From a virus: a stretch of 64,000 bases of DNA. The position numbers and the translations under genes are program-made. Positions 29,704 through 38,673 of this stretch are shown here, in pieces; position 1 is the stretch's first letter; the number at the start of each line of letters is the position of its first letter. The stretch lies in IMG/VR virus record IMGVR_UViG_3300021141_000001; one strand, written 5' to 3'. The notes beneath the pieces are model-generated. The model did not search any database. It was given only the letters and a program-made list of their open reading frames with translations, and had not been told where the DNA came from.

Positions 29704-30852
29704 ATGTCAGTTGGATGTTCAGGCAATTTATTTGGTAACAGAAGTCAGTTTATTAAAACCAATGGTGGTGATTTCATAGCTGTTGAAGCTTCAAATACTA
29801 GAGAAAGACTTATTCTATCGGATTTAAGAATACCTTATAAGCAAATACTTAAAAGTAGAGTTATACTTAAAACCGGTCAAACAAATTATTTACTTAATCA
29901 CCTAGGTCTTGGTGATAATGCTACATTCCTTTGTATAAAAGCTGTATATGATAGTAAAGCTGTTATAGAGGCTGATAGATATGTTAATTGGAGTTATTAT
30001 GATGATTTAACTAGAATTAATTCTTTTGCTGATATGATGGTTTTAACTGGCAATTCAACTAATAGAGTACCTCAACTATATCTTACAAATCCAAGTACAA
30101 AATATCCTGTTTATTTAGATGTGATGGTTGGTATTATTGATGATAATTATTCAATATTTAATGACGTATTTAATCAAAGTGGTACATCATTTACAGGATT
30201 AGAATACACAGATATTCATAGTCATATTATTGGTGAGTCATTAGTTATAAATGATAAGAGTTTACCAGTAGCAAAACCTTTAATTTATTTTATATTAAAT
30301 AATATAAACTCAATTGAAATAAGTGGTCAAATTTTAATTATTGATGACTCTGGTAGAGGAACTATATTTTTACAGTTTTTAACTGAAGGCGATGCTTTTC
30401 AAGCACATTCTTTAATTAATTATGTTCTTGAAAATCCAAACATTGATATTGATGCTTTAAATCCTGTATCTGATAGTTTAGACCCTATTCTTTATTTCTA
30501 TGATACTGCTGGTAATAGTGGAGATTATATAGCATTTAATGGTGCTACATATGGTGTTCCTTATGATACAACTGATGGATTTACTTTCTCTACATCAATA
30601 TCTTTAAGCTCTTTTGGTACAGCTAGTGGTTATATTGACAAATCACAACTTATTTACTTATTAGTTGATTATATTGAAGATAATAGAGATGGATATATGT
30701 ATATGATGCCTTCTAACCTAATAATATCTGCTACATCTGGAACAGTTGATAAAATACTTACAACAGGTACTTATTCATTAACATTTGACTTCTCTGATAT
30801 AGCTCATAACTACTTAGATGGTGTTATAGTAAATTTAGACATAACAGCTTAA
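29704..30852 (+). CDS. Putative virion structural protein
   Basis: 382 aa; TAATATATA at 29672-29680; upstream of fibre genes. Confidence 0.55.
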   Translation: MSVGCSGNLFGNRSQFIKTNGGDFIAVEASNTRERLILSDLRIPYKQILKSRVILKTGQTNYLLNHLGLGDNATFLCIKAVYDSKAVIEADRYVNWSYYDDLTRINSFADMMVLTGNSTNRVPQLYLTNPSTKYPVYLDVMVGIIDDNYSIFNDVFNQSGTSFTGLEYTDIHSHIIGESLVINDKSLPVAKPLIYFILNNINSIEISGQILIIDDSGRGTIFLQFLTEGDAFQAHSLINYVLENPNIDIDALNPVSDSLDPILYFYDTAGNSGDYIAFNGATYGVPYDTTDGFTFSTSISLSSFGTASGYIDKSQLIYLLVDYIEDNRDGYMYMMPSNLIISATSGTVDKILTTGTYSLTFDFSDIAHNYLDGVIVNLDITA

Positions 30853-30868
30853 AAAATTAAAATTAAAA

Positions 30869-32914
30869 ATGAGTTTCAGTTACAATAAATTTTTAAGACC
30901 TTTAACAACAACAGATACAAATGTTAAAATTTTAGATGACAATGGTGTTATCAAATTTACTATTAATCCATTTTCAGTTGTTAATGTTATGGTGTCAAAT
31001 AATCTTTTGAAAATTAATTCAAAAGGTGGTAAAGTTATCACTATATCTTTTTCAACTATAAATGAGGCTAAATTGGCTTTAGAAAAAATACAAATTCAAT
31101 TTGATATTCTTAAAGAAAAAGTTCCTGGTTTAATTGATAAACAAATTGAAAATTATGTAAATTATATATTAGGTCCAAATGGTACTTCTGGATCAAGTGG
31201 TACATCCGGGACATCCGGATCAAGTGGGACATCCGGATCAAGTGGGACATCCGGATCAAGTGGGACATCAGGATCAAGTGGGACATCAGGATCAAGTGGA
31301 TCATCAGGATCTAGTGGATCATCAGGATCTAGTGGATCATCAGGATCTAGTGGATCATCAGGATCTAGTGGATCATCAGGATCTAGTGGATCATCAGGAT
31401 CAAGTGGGACATCAGGATCAAGTGGAACAAGTGGATCATCAGGATCAAGTGGAATAAATGGAGTTTCTGGTGGTGCTATTTATTATTTAAATACAAGTCA
31501 GTCACAGTCACCTTATTATGAGTTGGGGAATTTTGGCACTAATTTACCTCAAATATCTACATCATCTGTTGTCGCTGTTAACTCTACAGTAACGATGGCA
31601 TCTTATTTAATGCCTTCAGGTTATCCTAATACTACTACAATTCCTGCTGGTATTTGGTCAACATATTTACATATGTATAGATTGAATTCAAATCCTAATA
31701 CTCTTGAGGCTTTTGCTGATTTTTATTCGAGAGATACATCAGGAAATGAAACTTTCTTATTTGGAACTGATCCTGTATCTATTTCAAATATCACAACACC
31801 AATAATGATTAATACAGATACTTATCAACCAGGTACTTACTCTCTTAGTACAACTGATAGAATATTAATGAAAGTAAAAGTTAGAAATCTTAGTTTTTCG
31901 CTACCAAATACTGCTTATTTATTATCTGAGGGAACAGAACATTATTCATTTGTTCAAACTACATTAGGTATTTTAAGCTCATCGTCTGGTACAAGTGGTG
32001 TTTCTGGTTCAAGTGGATCAACAGGATCATCTGGTACATCCGGATCAAGTGGTTCTTCCGGTGTTAATGGTATATCATCAAATGGTCCTCAAAATTATAT
32101 TCAAGTTTTAGGTAGTCAAATTGGTAGTATTTCTACTATTGGTTCTACTATTATTAGTGGAACTATATCTACTACTGGCGGGCCGGTTAAGATAATGGCT
32201 ACTGGAGATGCAAACCCACAATCTGTGACGGGTTGGGTGAGACTTCAAATTTATAGAGATAATACTCCAATAGGAAATATAATTCAAGCAGAAACTTCGG
32301 GAAATAATGTTAATGTTCCATATTGTTTAGATTATATAGATAATCCATCTACAGGAACATATGTTTACAGTATGAGAACTGTTAGTGGTATATCAGGAAC
32401 CTTCCAATTTGGAGAGGTTAATGGACCAACTTTAACAATTGTTGAATTAACTGGGTCGGGTACTTCCGGTACATCAGGTATAGCTCCTACAAGTTTATCT
32501 TTATCAGAAACACTTACTGTTTCTGGCACATCTTCATTTAGTGGATTAACAGTTTTACAAGAAGTGACTGAAGTTATTAACTCAACACCGGGTGCTACGG
32601 CATCAACTGTTGTTTATGATTTTACAACGGGTTCTAATTGGTATCATTCATCTATTAATACTAATTATACTGCTAATTTCACAAATATTCCAACAACAAA
32701 TAATAGAGCTATAACAGCTACAATTGTTATGAGTCAAAGTTCAACGGCTTATATGCCAACTGCTGTTCAAATAAATGGATCTGGTCAACAAATTAGATGG
32801 GCTGGTGGTACTGCTTCTGGAACACCAAATCAAGTTGATATAGTTGGATTTACATTTATTAGAAGTGGTAATGTCTGGGCTCAAGTCTTAGGACAAATAA
32901 ACACTTTTGATTAA
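30869..32914 (+). CDS. Tail-fibre-like protein with (Ser-Gly-Thr/Ser) triplet repeats
   Basis: About 30 G-x-S triplets; C-terminal WAGGTAS..VDIVGF fibre-tip-like domain. Confidence 0.7.
   Translation: MSFSYNKFLRPLTTTDTNVKILDDNGVIKFTINPFSVVNVMVSNNLLKINSKGGKVITISFSTINEAKLALEKIQIQFDILKEKVPGLIDKQIENYVNYILGPNGTSGSSGTSGTSGSSGTSGSSGTSGSSGTSGSSGTSGSSGSSGSSGSSGSSGSSGSSGSSGSSGSSGSSGSSGSSGTSGSSGTSGSSGSSGINGVSGGAIYYLNTSQSQSPYYELGNFGTNLPQISTSSVVAVNSTVTMASYLMPSGYPNTTTIPAGIWSTYLHMYRLNSNPNTLEAFADFYSRDTSGNETFLFGTDPVSISNITTPIMINTDTYQPGTYSLSTTDRILMKVKVRNLSFSLPNTAYLLSEGTEHYSFVQTTLGILSSSSGTSGVSGSSGSTGSSGTSGSSGSSGVNGISSNGPQNYIQVLGSQIGSISTIGSTIISGTISTTGGPVKIMATGDANPQSVTGWVRLQIYRDNTPIGNIIQAETSGNNVNVPYCLDYIDNPSTGTYVYSMRTVSGISGTFQFGEVNGPTLTIVELTGSGTSGTSGIAPTSLSLSETLTVSGTSSFSGLTVLQEVTEVINSTPGATASTVVYDFTTGSNWYHSSINTNYTANFTNIPTTNNRAITATIVMSQSSTAYMPTAVQINGSGQQIRWAGGTASGTPNQVDIVGFTFIRSGNVWAQVLGQINTFD
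31181..31453 (+). repeat. 9/18-bp tandem coding repeat
   Basis: Units GGATCAAGT, GGGACATCC/A, GGATCATCA, GGATCTAGT. Confidence 0.9.
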
Positions 32915-32915
32915 T

Positions 32916-34994
32916 ATGCTAAGTAGATTATCATCATTCTCAGGGCCTTTATCACCATTATTTAGAATACCAGTTGGTGGATTTACAGCAGATGGTTTAA
33001 TTTTAAGATATGAAATATCTGATAGAGATTCATATTCAGGCACATCTTCAGTTATTGACTTAGTATCTAATAGTAATTCTACATTATATAATGGACCAAC
33101 ATATTCTATAAATGGTTACATAAATTTTGATGGTATTAATGACTATCTATCAACAAATACATCACTTAATTCTAAATTATCACCAGTTAATACATCAACT
33201 ATTATTTCACATTTTACTTGGGCGTATCCAACAGATAATGGTGTTATTGTTTCTGAGATTGGTCAGACTACACCAAATATATTGTGGCATGACTCACAGA
33301 TTGAAATAGTTAGTGGAAATTTAAAATTTGGTTTATGGACTGGAATTGGTGGTGTATCAAGTTTAAATTCTTCAATTTCAACACCTTTTTATAATTGGTA
33401 CTATGTTGGTCTTACTTATGATGGTACTACAATGAGAGGTTATGTTAATGGTCAATTAGCAGGTACTAAAAATCTTATAAGAGATACTCCTTATAATCTA
33501 GGTAGCACCGGATTACACTATGCTATAGGAGCGTCTGATTCAACAAGTTTAGGTGATGGTAGTCCAGCTAAAATGAAGTTAGGTGCTTTTCATGTTTATA
33601 ATACAGCTCTTAGTCAACAACAAATATTAAATAATTATGATTTTACTAAATCTGATTATATTTATACGGGTAGTATGTCTATTTGGATTGATGCTAATGA
33701 TCCAGCAAGTTTCTCAGGTGGTTCAGTTAATGATTTAAGTGGTAATAATTATACACATACTTTAACAGCAGGTGCTACTTCATCTACTATATTTGGTTTT
33801 AAATCTTTTGATTGTTCGACTGGTAATGAAAGAGTTGAAGTTAATGGTACAGGTCCTACATTACCAACAACTGGATATACATATGTTTCTTGGGCAAGAC
33901 TTATCAGTGCTACCTCATCATATAGAACTTTACTTTATACAAATATATCAGGTGATAAATATACACCAATTACTATTCCCAATGGAACAAATACATTAGG
34001 ATGGTGGGATAGAAATCCTCCTGCTCAGTTCAGAACTTCTGGCTATGGTCTAACATCTTCTGTTGATGTTTGGGTTCAATATGCTGTTGTTGGAGATAAT
34101 TCATCACATACATACTATATAAATGATGCTCAAGTAGGAAACTCAGTTCCTTACGGTATTAGTGGAACAACTACACATTGGGGATTGGGTAATAATGCTC
34201 TAGCTGGTCAACCTTTTGGTTATGTTGGGAATATGATGTTCTATAATAAAAAATTAACACTAGCTGAAATTAAACAAAACTATGATGCTCTAAAACATGT
34301 ATATGCTAATGGAAATTTTGTAATTGATAATATAAAAACATCTTTACTGCCTTATAATGCTAATAATAATACTACTTGGTCTACATCAACCGGTACTTTT
34401 AGTGCTACAATGACAGGTTCACCATCATACAATTCTCTTGGATATACATTTAACGGTACTAGTCAATATGGTAGAATTCCTAGTTCTGCTGGTATTACAG
34501 ATTTTACAAACGCTGATACTTATACAATAGAAGTTTGGTTCAATCCATCTTCAAGTCAGCCAACTCCAGTAACAACTGTTTTAGAAAAATGGAATCTGGG
34601 TAATATATCAAGATATCCTTATACATTAAGATTTAATGAGGGTATAAGTAATGCTTATTTTGCTTGTTATGATGGAACTAATTTCCCTTCAGCTAGCTTA
34701 ACAGGAATTTCAGTAGGTAACTGGTGTCAAGTGGTTGGCGTTTTTAATTTTACAACAGATGTTTTAAGTGTTTATAAGAATGGTGTAATTAGTGGTAGCG
34801 CAAGTTTAGTTGGAGTCGGACAAGTAAGTAACACAAGTCCTGTGGGAATTGCTCATAGAATTAGTGTTGATGGACTATCCGCTGAATTTATGTTCAAGGG
34901 TTCAATAGGTATAATAAGAATGTATAGTTCTGCTTTAAGTGCTTCTGATGTTTCTAAAAACTTTGAAGCTAACAGAGGTATTTATGAAATTTAA
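32916..34994 (+). CDS. LamG/concanavalin-A-like triple-domain virion protein
   Basis: Three units ending YNTALSQQQILNNY, YNKKLTLAEIKQNY, YSSALSASDVSKNF; WYYVGLTYDG..YVNG. Confidence 0.8.
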   Translation: MLSRLSSFSGPLSPLFRIPVGGFTADGLILRYEISDRDSYSGTSSVIDLVSNSNSTLYNGPTYSINGYINFDGINDYLSTNTSLNSKLSPVNTSTIISHFTWAYPTDNGVIVSEIGQTTPNILWHDSQIEIVSGNLKFGLWTGIGGVSSLNSSISTPFYNWYYVGLTYDGTTMRGYVNGQLAGTKNLIRDTPYNLGSTGLHYAIGASDSTSLGDGSPAKMKLGAFHVYNTALSQQQILNNYDFTKSDYIYTGSMSIWIDANDPASFSGGSVNDLSGNNYTHTLTAGATSSTIFGFKSFDCSTGNERVEVNGTGPTLPTTGYTYVSWARLISATSSYRTLLYTNISGDKYTPITIPNGTNTLGWWDRNPPAQFRTSGYGLTSSVDVWVQYAVVGDNSSHTYYINDAQVGNSVPYGISGTTTHWGLGNNALAGQPFGYVGNMMFYNKKLTLAEIKQNYDALKHVYANGNFVIDNIKTSLLPYNANNNTTWSTSTGTFSATMTGSPSYNSLGYTFNGTSQYGRIPSSAGITDFTNADTYTIEVWFNPSSSQPTPVTTVLEKWNLGNISRYPYTLRFNEGISNAYFACYDGTNFPSASLTGISVGNWCQVVGVFNFTTDVLSVYKNGVISGSASLVGVGQVSNTSPVGIAHRISVDGLSAEFMFKGSIGIIRMYSSALSASDVSKNFEANRGIYEI

Positions 34995-35012
34995 TAATTT
35001 AATATATAACAT

Positions 35013-35972
35013 ATGATTAAAAGATATTTAGAGTTTATAAAAGAAAGTCAAATTAATGGATTCAATTCACTAGGTGAGTGGGTTGAATCTTTAATATCTG
35101 ATGATTATGTTAGAAACATAGTAGCTCGTTATACAAAAGATTCTGATGCTTCTATTGATTTATCAAATGCTATTAATATCTTAGATGATAATACTAAAGA
35201 TGAAATTAAATATCAAATTGATAATTATTTACAAAATGGTATTGAAGAAAAAGAACCTGAGTTCTTAGTTTCAACTGATTTAGAAGAATTAACTGAATCT
35301 GAGATTACAGTTGCTGGTAAAGGTATATTTATTTCTTTCTTAAAATCTTTAACCAGTTTAGGTCAAAAAGAAGTGGGTCCAAATTGGTCTAAATCTTCAG
35401 ATGACTTTTTATTATACTATTACTATCCTAATTTACAATCAGAACATGTAAAACAAGTATTTTCAAGATTCAAATCTTTAAGTAGATACTTAGACCATGT
35501 TGATTATCAAAAAAATGAAGTTGATTTATACTTTGGTATCAAATGTGATGGTAATTTTGAATATGGTTTACATTATGATGTACCAACACCAATTGGTCAA
35601 TTTAAGTTGAATCAATCTGTTATTAAATGGATTTGTCAAATTGAATCTAAGTCTGCTCATTCATTAAAGAAAGAATTAGTTAATTTAACTTTAGCAGATG
35701 TAATTACATTAGGTAAAATTAAATTAGATATGAAAGAATTCAATCCGGGATATCACGAATCAAAAGATGTTGTGAAAATTCAAGATAAGATTATTTCATT
35801 TGGATATAAAGGTTTAGGTAAATGGGACAACGGTAAATTTGATGAAGGTGAGTTTATGAATATTAAAAATAACTTCACTACTTGGGTAATGACTAAGAGA
35901 TGGGGTGGTAAAGTTTTAATAAGTGTTAAACCAACATCATATTATGTTTACATACATATAAAATTAAAGTAA
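35013..35972 (+). CDS. Hypothetical protein with capsid-targeting-like N-terminus
   Basis: MIKRYLEFIKES; TAATATATA at 35000-35008. Confidence 0.7.
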   Translation: MIKRYLEFIKESQINGFNSLGEWVESLISDDYVRNIVARYTKDSDASIDLSNAINILDDNTKDEIKYQIDNYLQNGIEEKEPEFLVSTDLEELTESEITVAGKGIFISFLKSLTSLGQKEVGPNWSKSSDDFLLYYYYPNLQSEHVKQVFSRFKSLSRYLDHVDYQKNEVDLYFGIKCDGNFEYGLHYDVPTPIGQFKLNQSVIKWICQIESKSAHSLKKELVNLTLADVITLGKIKLDMKEFNPGYHESKDVVKIQDKIISFGYKGLGKWDNGKFDEGEFMNIKNNFTTWVMTKRWGGKVLISVKPTSYYVYIHIKLK

Positions 35973-35974
35973 TC

Positions 35975-36718
35975 ATGAAAATTAAAAACTATAAACTATT
36001 TTTAGAGTCAAATAATTTTGACTTTGATTTTTTAGCAAACATTGGTAAAATGAAACAAGCTATTATTAAAATAGTTCAACTTCATGAGAAAAAGTGTTAT
36101 GGTGATATTAAACTATCATCTTATGAAAGATTTAAAGCTTCATTAAATGATTTAATTGATAGTGCTGTTAAAGGTGAATATACAATTACTGAAGATTACT
36201 TATCTGTAATTAATTTATTTGAAAAAGAAGTTTATGGAAAAGATTTACTTTCTTCTTATGAAGAATCTATTTTTAGTCATTTAGATGATTTGATATCTTG
36301 TTTTAATAGTTTATTAGATAATGAGGAAAAAGACGAAGAAGATATTATGAGATTAGGAAAAGATGCTGACCATATCTTAAATAAGATGGATGAGACTTGG
36401 ATTTATACTTCTGATGAATCTAATGTTAGTATTTCTGATATTGATATAAGTGATATTGATGATGCTATTGCTGGTTTAGACGATAGATTGTCAAAAGAAA
36501 CAGATGACATGTGGACTTCTGAAGAAGAATTTGAAAAGGATATTGAATCATATATTGGAAAGAAAATGGATGATTTTGATTACTCGGATAAACTACAAGC
36601 TTATCAATATATTGAGAACAAAGAATGGGTGAAAAATATACTTGAAGGTGGTTCAGAAAAAGATAAAGACTTTGTTACTAACTTTCTTTCTCAAATGAAA
36701 GATATGTTTGGCATATAA
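35975..36718 (+). CDS. Acidic hypothetical protein with capsid-targeting-like N-terminus
   Basis: MKIKNYKLFLES. Confidence 0.7.
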   Translation: MKIKNYKLFLESNNFDFDFLANIGKMKQAIIKIVQLHEKKCYGDIKLSSYERFKASLNDLIDSAVKGEYTITEDYLSVINLFEKEVYGKDLLSSYEESIFSHLDDLISCFNSLLDNEEKDEEDIMRLGKDADHILNKMDETWIYTSDESNVSISDIDISDIDDAIAGLDDRLSKETDDMWTSEEEFEKDIESYIGKKMDDFDYSDKLQAYQYIENKEWVKNILEGGSEKDKDFVTNFLSQMKDMFGI

Positions 36719-36733
36719 ATTAATATATACATT

Positions 36734-37045
36734 ATGAAATACTTAAAGAAATATAACGAAAATCAAGAACAACAAGATCCTGAGTTTGCTATTGCTAAAA
36801 TTAAGGGAAGATATCCTGAGGATATGGTTCAAGATATGTTAAATGATGAGATTAATCAGTGGAAGCCAGATGAAGAAGATCCAGAATTCTATTCAAGAAC
36901 TGGAAACGGAGAAGCAGAAGATGTTATCATCAATCAAATGATTGGTTGGTTTGATAAAAAGTATTATGCTTTATCTGATGAAAACTTTGAGAAAGTTAAA
37001 CAATTAATACTAAAAGAGTATGAGTTCTTAAACTTTAACTACTAA
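36734..37045 (+). CDS. Small protein with capsid-targeting-like N-terminus
   Basis: MKYLKKYNE; TAATATATA at 36721-36729. Confidence 0.65.
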   Translation: MKYLKKYNENQEQQDPEFAIAKIKGRYPEDMVQDMLNDEINQWKPDEEDPEFYSRTGNGEAEDVIINQMIGWFDKKYYALSDENFEKVKQLILKEYEFLNFNY

Positions 37046-37090
37046 ACAAAAAATGAAAACTTTTCTATAACAAGAAAAGTTTTTTGTTTT

Positions 37091-37423
37091 ATGAAAACAC
37101 CAAATTTATTTCCCGTAGCTATGAAAATTGCTGCTCAAACTATTGGACAAGATTTAGTCAGTGTTCAACCAATGGCTGGACCAGGTGGAATGACTAAAGA
37201 AGAAAGAGAAAGAATTGAAGCCGAGATTAAACAAAAGAATCGTGATGGTAAAATCGATTCATTAATTGAAGGATCAGAATATAAAGAAGAAAAATTAGAA
37301 GAACATCCTGATTATAAACCAGGTAGTGGTTGTCAATTATTTTATATGGATTATACTTACAATTCTCCAACTCACAAAAAAACAAGAAGAAGTAAAAAGA
37401 AAAAGAAAGATGGGAGTATTTAA
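37091..37423 (+). CDS. Small protein: major capsid protein (gp23 Gol-region) fragment interrupted by the tag
   Basis: LFPVAMKIAAQTIGQDLVSVQPMAGPGG ... NRDGKIDSLIEG ... QLFYMDYTY. Confidence 0.7.
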   Translation: MKTPNLFPVAMKIAAQTIGQDLVSVQPMAGPGGMTKEERERIEAEIKQKNRDGKIDSLIEGSEYKEEKLEEHPDYKPGSGCQLFYMDYTYNSPTHKKTRRSKKKKKDGSI

Positions 37424-37595
37424 GAGTCCAGGAGTTTTTGTTAAAGAAGTAGATATATCTATTGTTAGACCAACTTTTTCCAAAAGATATTCAAGAAGAA
37501 TAAAAATAGGTAAAATATTTGATATAGATGTTCCTAATATTATTATAACTTCTACTCCAAAAGGAGGACCCTCAAACTTTCCACAAATCTGGTGA
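37410..37595 (+). CDS. Small protein: tail sheath N-terminal fragment plus tag
   Basis: MGVFKSPGVFVKEVDIS ... SRRIKIGKIFD; likely start is the ATG at 37410. Confidence 0.65.
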   Translation: MGVFKSPGVFVKEVDISIVRPTFSKRYSRRIKIGKIFDIDVPNIIITSTPKGGPSNFPQIW

Positions 37596-37625
37596 TGAAA
37601 ACATGTTAGAGTAATATATACTCTA

Positions 37626-37961
37626 ATGATAAATGTTTATTTGATATGTGCCGAATTTGAAGGAAGAAGATTGTATAAGATTGGTTATACAAGAAGAGAT
37701 GTCTCTAAAAGAATTAAAGAGTTGAAGACTGGTAACGGTTCTGAAATGTATGTTATAGATTCTTTTAAGTCAAAATGGGGAACTAAAATTGAATCACAGT
37801 TACACAGAACATTTAAAAGTAAAAAGATAAATGGTGAGTGGTTTGATTTAACTGATGAAGAAGTAAAATCATTTATGGAAAAATGTAAATCTTCACATGA
37901 TGTGATGGAACTAATTACCACCAACAATACTTACTACTTAGAAACTGGTAAACTATATTAA
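37626..37961 (+). CDS. GIY-YIG family nuclease (T5orf172/MUG113-like)
   Basis: VYLI..YKIGYT..RIKELKTGN, IESQLH, NGEWFDL. Confidence 0.85.
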   Translation: MINVYLICAEFEGRRLYKIGYTRRDVSKRIKELKTGNGSEMYVIDSFKSKWGTKIESQLHRTFKSKKINGEWFDLTDEEVKSFMEKCKSSHDVMELITTNNTYYLETGKLY

Positions 37962-37996
37962 TAAATATAATATAAATAAAAAATAAACTTTCGAAT

Positions 37997-38263
37997 ATGA
38001 GCTCAATGAAAGAAATAGCAATTAGAGATTATGTCTCTAAGATTGATTTTAAAAATGATGATTGGAAACTACCAAAAATCAAAGAAGACATGCGTAAATT
38101 TTTAGGTGAAGAACCTGGAATTGAAGTTGTTTACAAAAAAGATGTAATGGTAAATGAATTTACTGGTGAGTCTAAAGAATTTGTAGATGTTGATAAAATT
38201 CAAATCATTTTTACTGATACAGATGATAGATTTAAAAAATTAGAATTCACTTTAGGTGTTTAA
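37997..38263 (+). CDS. Hypothetical protein
   Basis: 88 aa ORF with an upstream promoter motif. Confidence 0.6.
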   Translation: MSSMKEIAIRDYVSKIDFKNDDWKLPKIKEDMRKFLGEEPGIEVVYKKDVMVNEFTGESKEFVDVDKIQIIFTDTDDRFKKLEFTLGV

Positions 38264-38265
38264 TA

Positions 38266-38625
38266 ATGGATAATGAAATTAAAATAACAGCAGATATAGT
38301 AGACTATCTTGGTAAATACGAAGATGGTGTGATAGTTCTGTTGTCTATTGGATATAAAGAAGAGTACACAGAAGGCACTCTTTATTATTCTGATAAAATG
38401 TTAGCTTTAACAGTTGACGAATCTATAGAAAATGACTTAGGTAGTCCTATAGAACTTTGGTCTGGTTATAAAGACCTTCTTATTTCAATTCTTAAAAGAG
38501 TTGTTCCTTATACTGAGATTATCAATAGATTAGATGATGTCAATTTTACACAATATTTTGGCGATGTTAAAATAGAATCAACAGAAGCTGAAGATATAGA
38601 TGAAGATGATATAACAACTGAGTAA
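38266..38625 (+). CDS. Hypothetical acidic protein
   Basis: 119 aa ORF. Confidence 0.6.
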   Translation: MDNEIKITADIVDYLGKYEDGVIVLLSIGYKEEYTEGTLYYSDKMLALTVDESIENDLGSPIELWSGYKDLLISILKRVVPYTEIINRLDDVNFTQYFGDVKIESTEAEDIDEDDITTE

Positions 38626-38673
38626 ACTAATTTTGATTATTTTGATATAAATAAAAAATAGTCAAAAGTATTA

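Noticed and set aside
31181-31453. Tandem repeat as a CRISPR array, or as the alternative-frame ORFs 31179-31457 and 31110-31304
   Set aside because: There are no unique spacers; the 9-bp units are in frame within the fibre gene and the other ORFs are shadows of the repeat.
18354-34994. Diversity-generating retroelement acting on the fibre genes
   Set aside because: No reverse transcriptase and no template/variable repeat pair with adenine-specific differences were seen by eye; a self dot-plot would be needed to exclude it fully.
37091-37595. Calling these the true major capsid and tail sheath genes, broken by frameshifts or the adjacent GIY-YIG nuclease
   Set aside because: No continuation of either protein was seen in other frames or beyond the nuclease; both are short closed ORFs containing the shared tag.
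37626-37961. GIY-YIG gene as an intron-encoded homing endonuclease
   Set aside because: It is free-standing with its own TAATATATA motif, with no interrupted host gene or room for a group I intron core.
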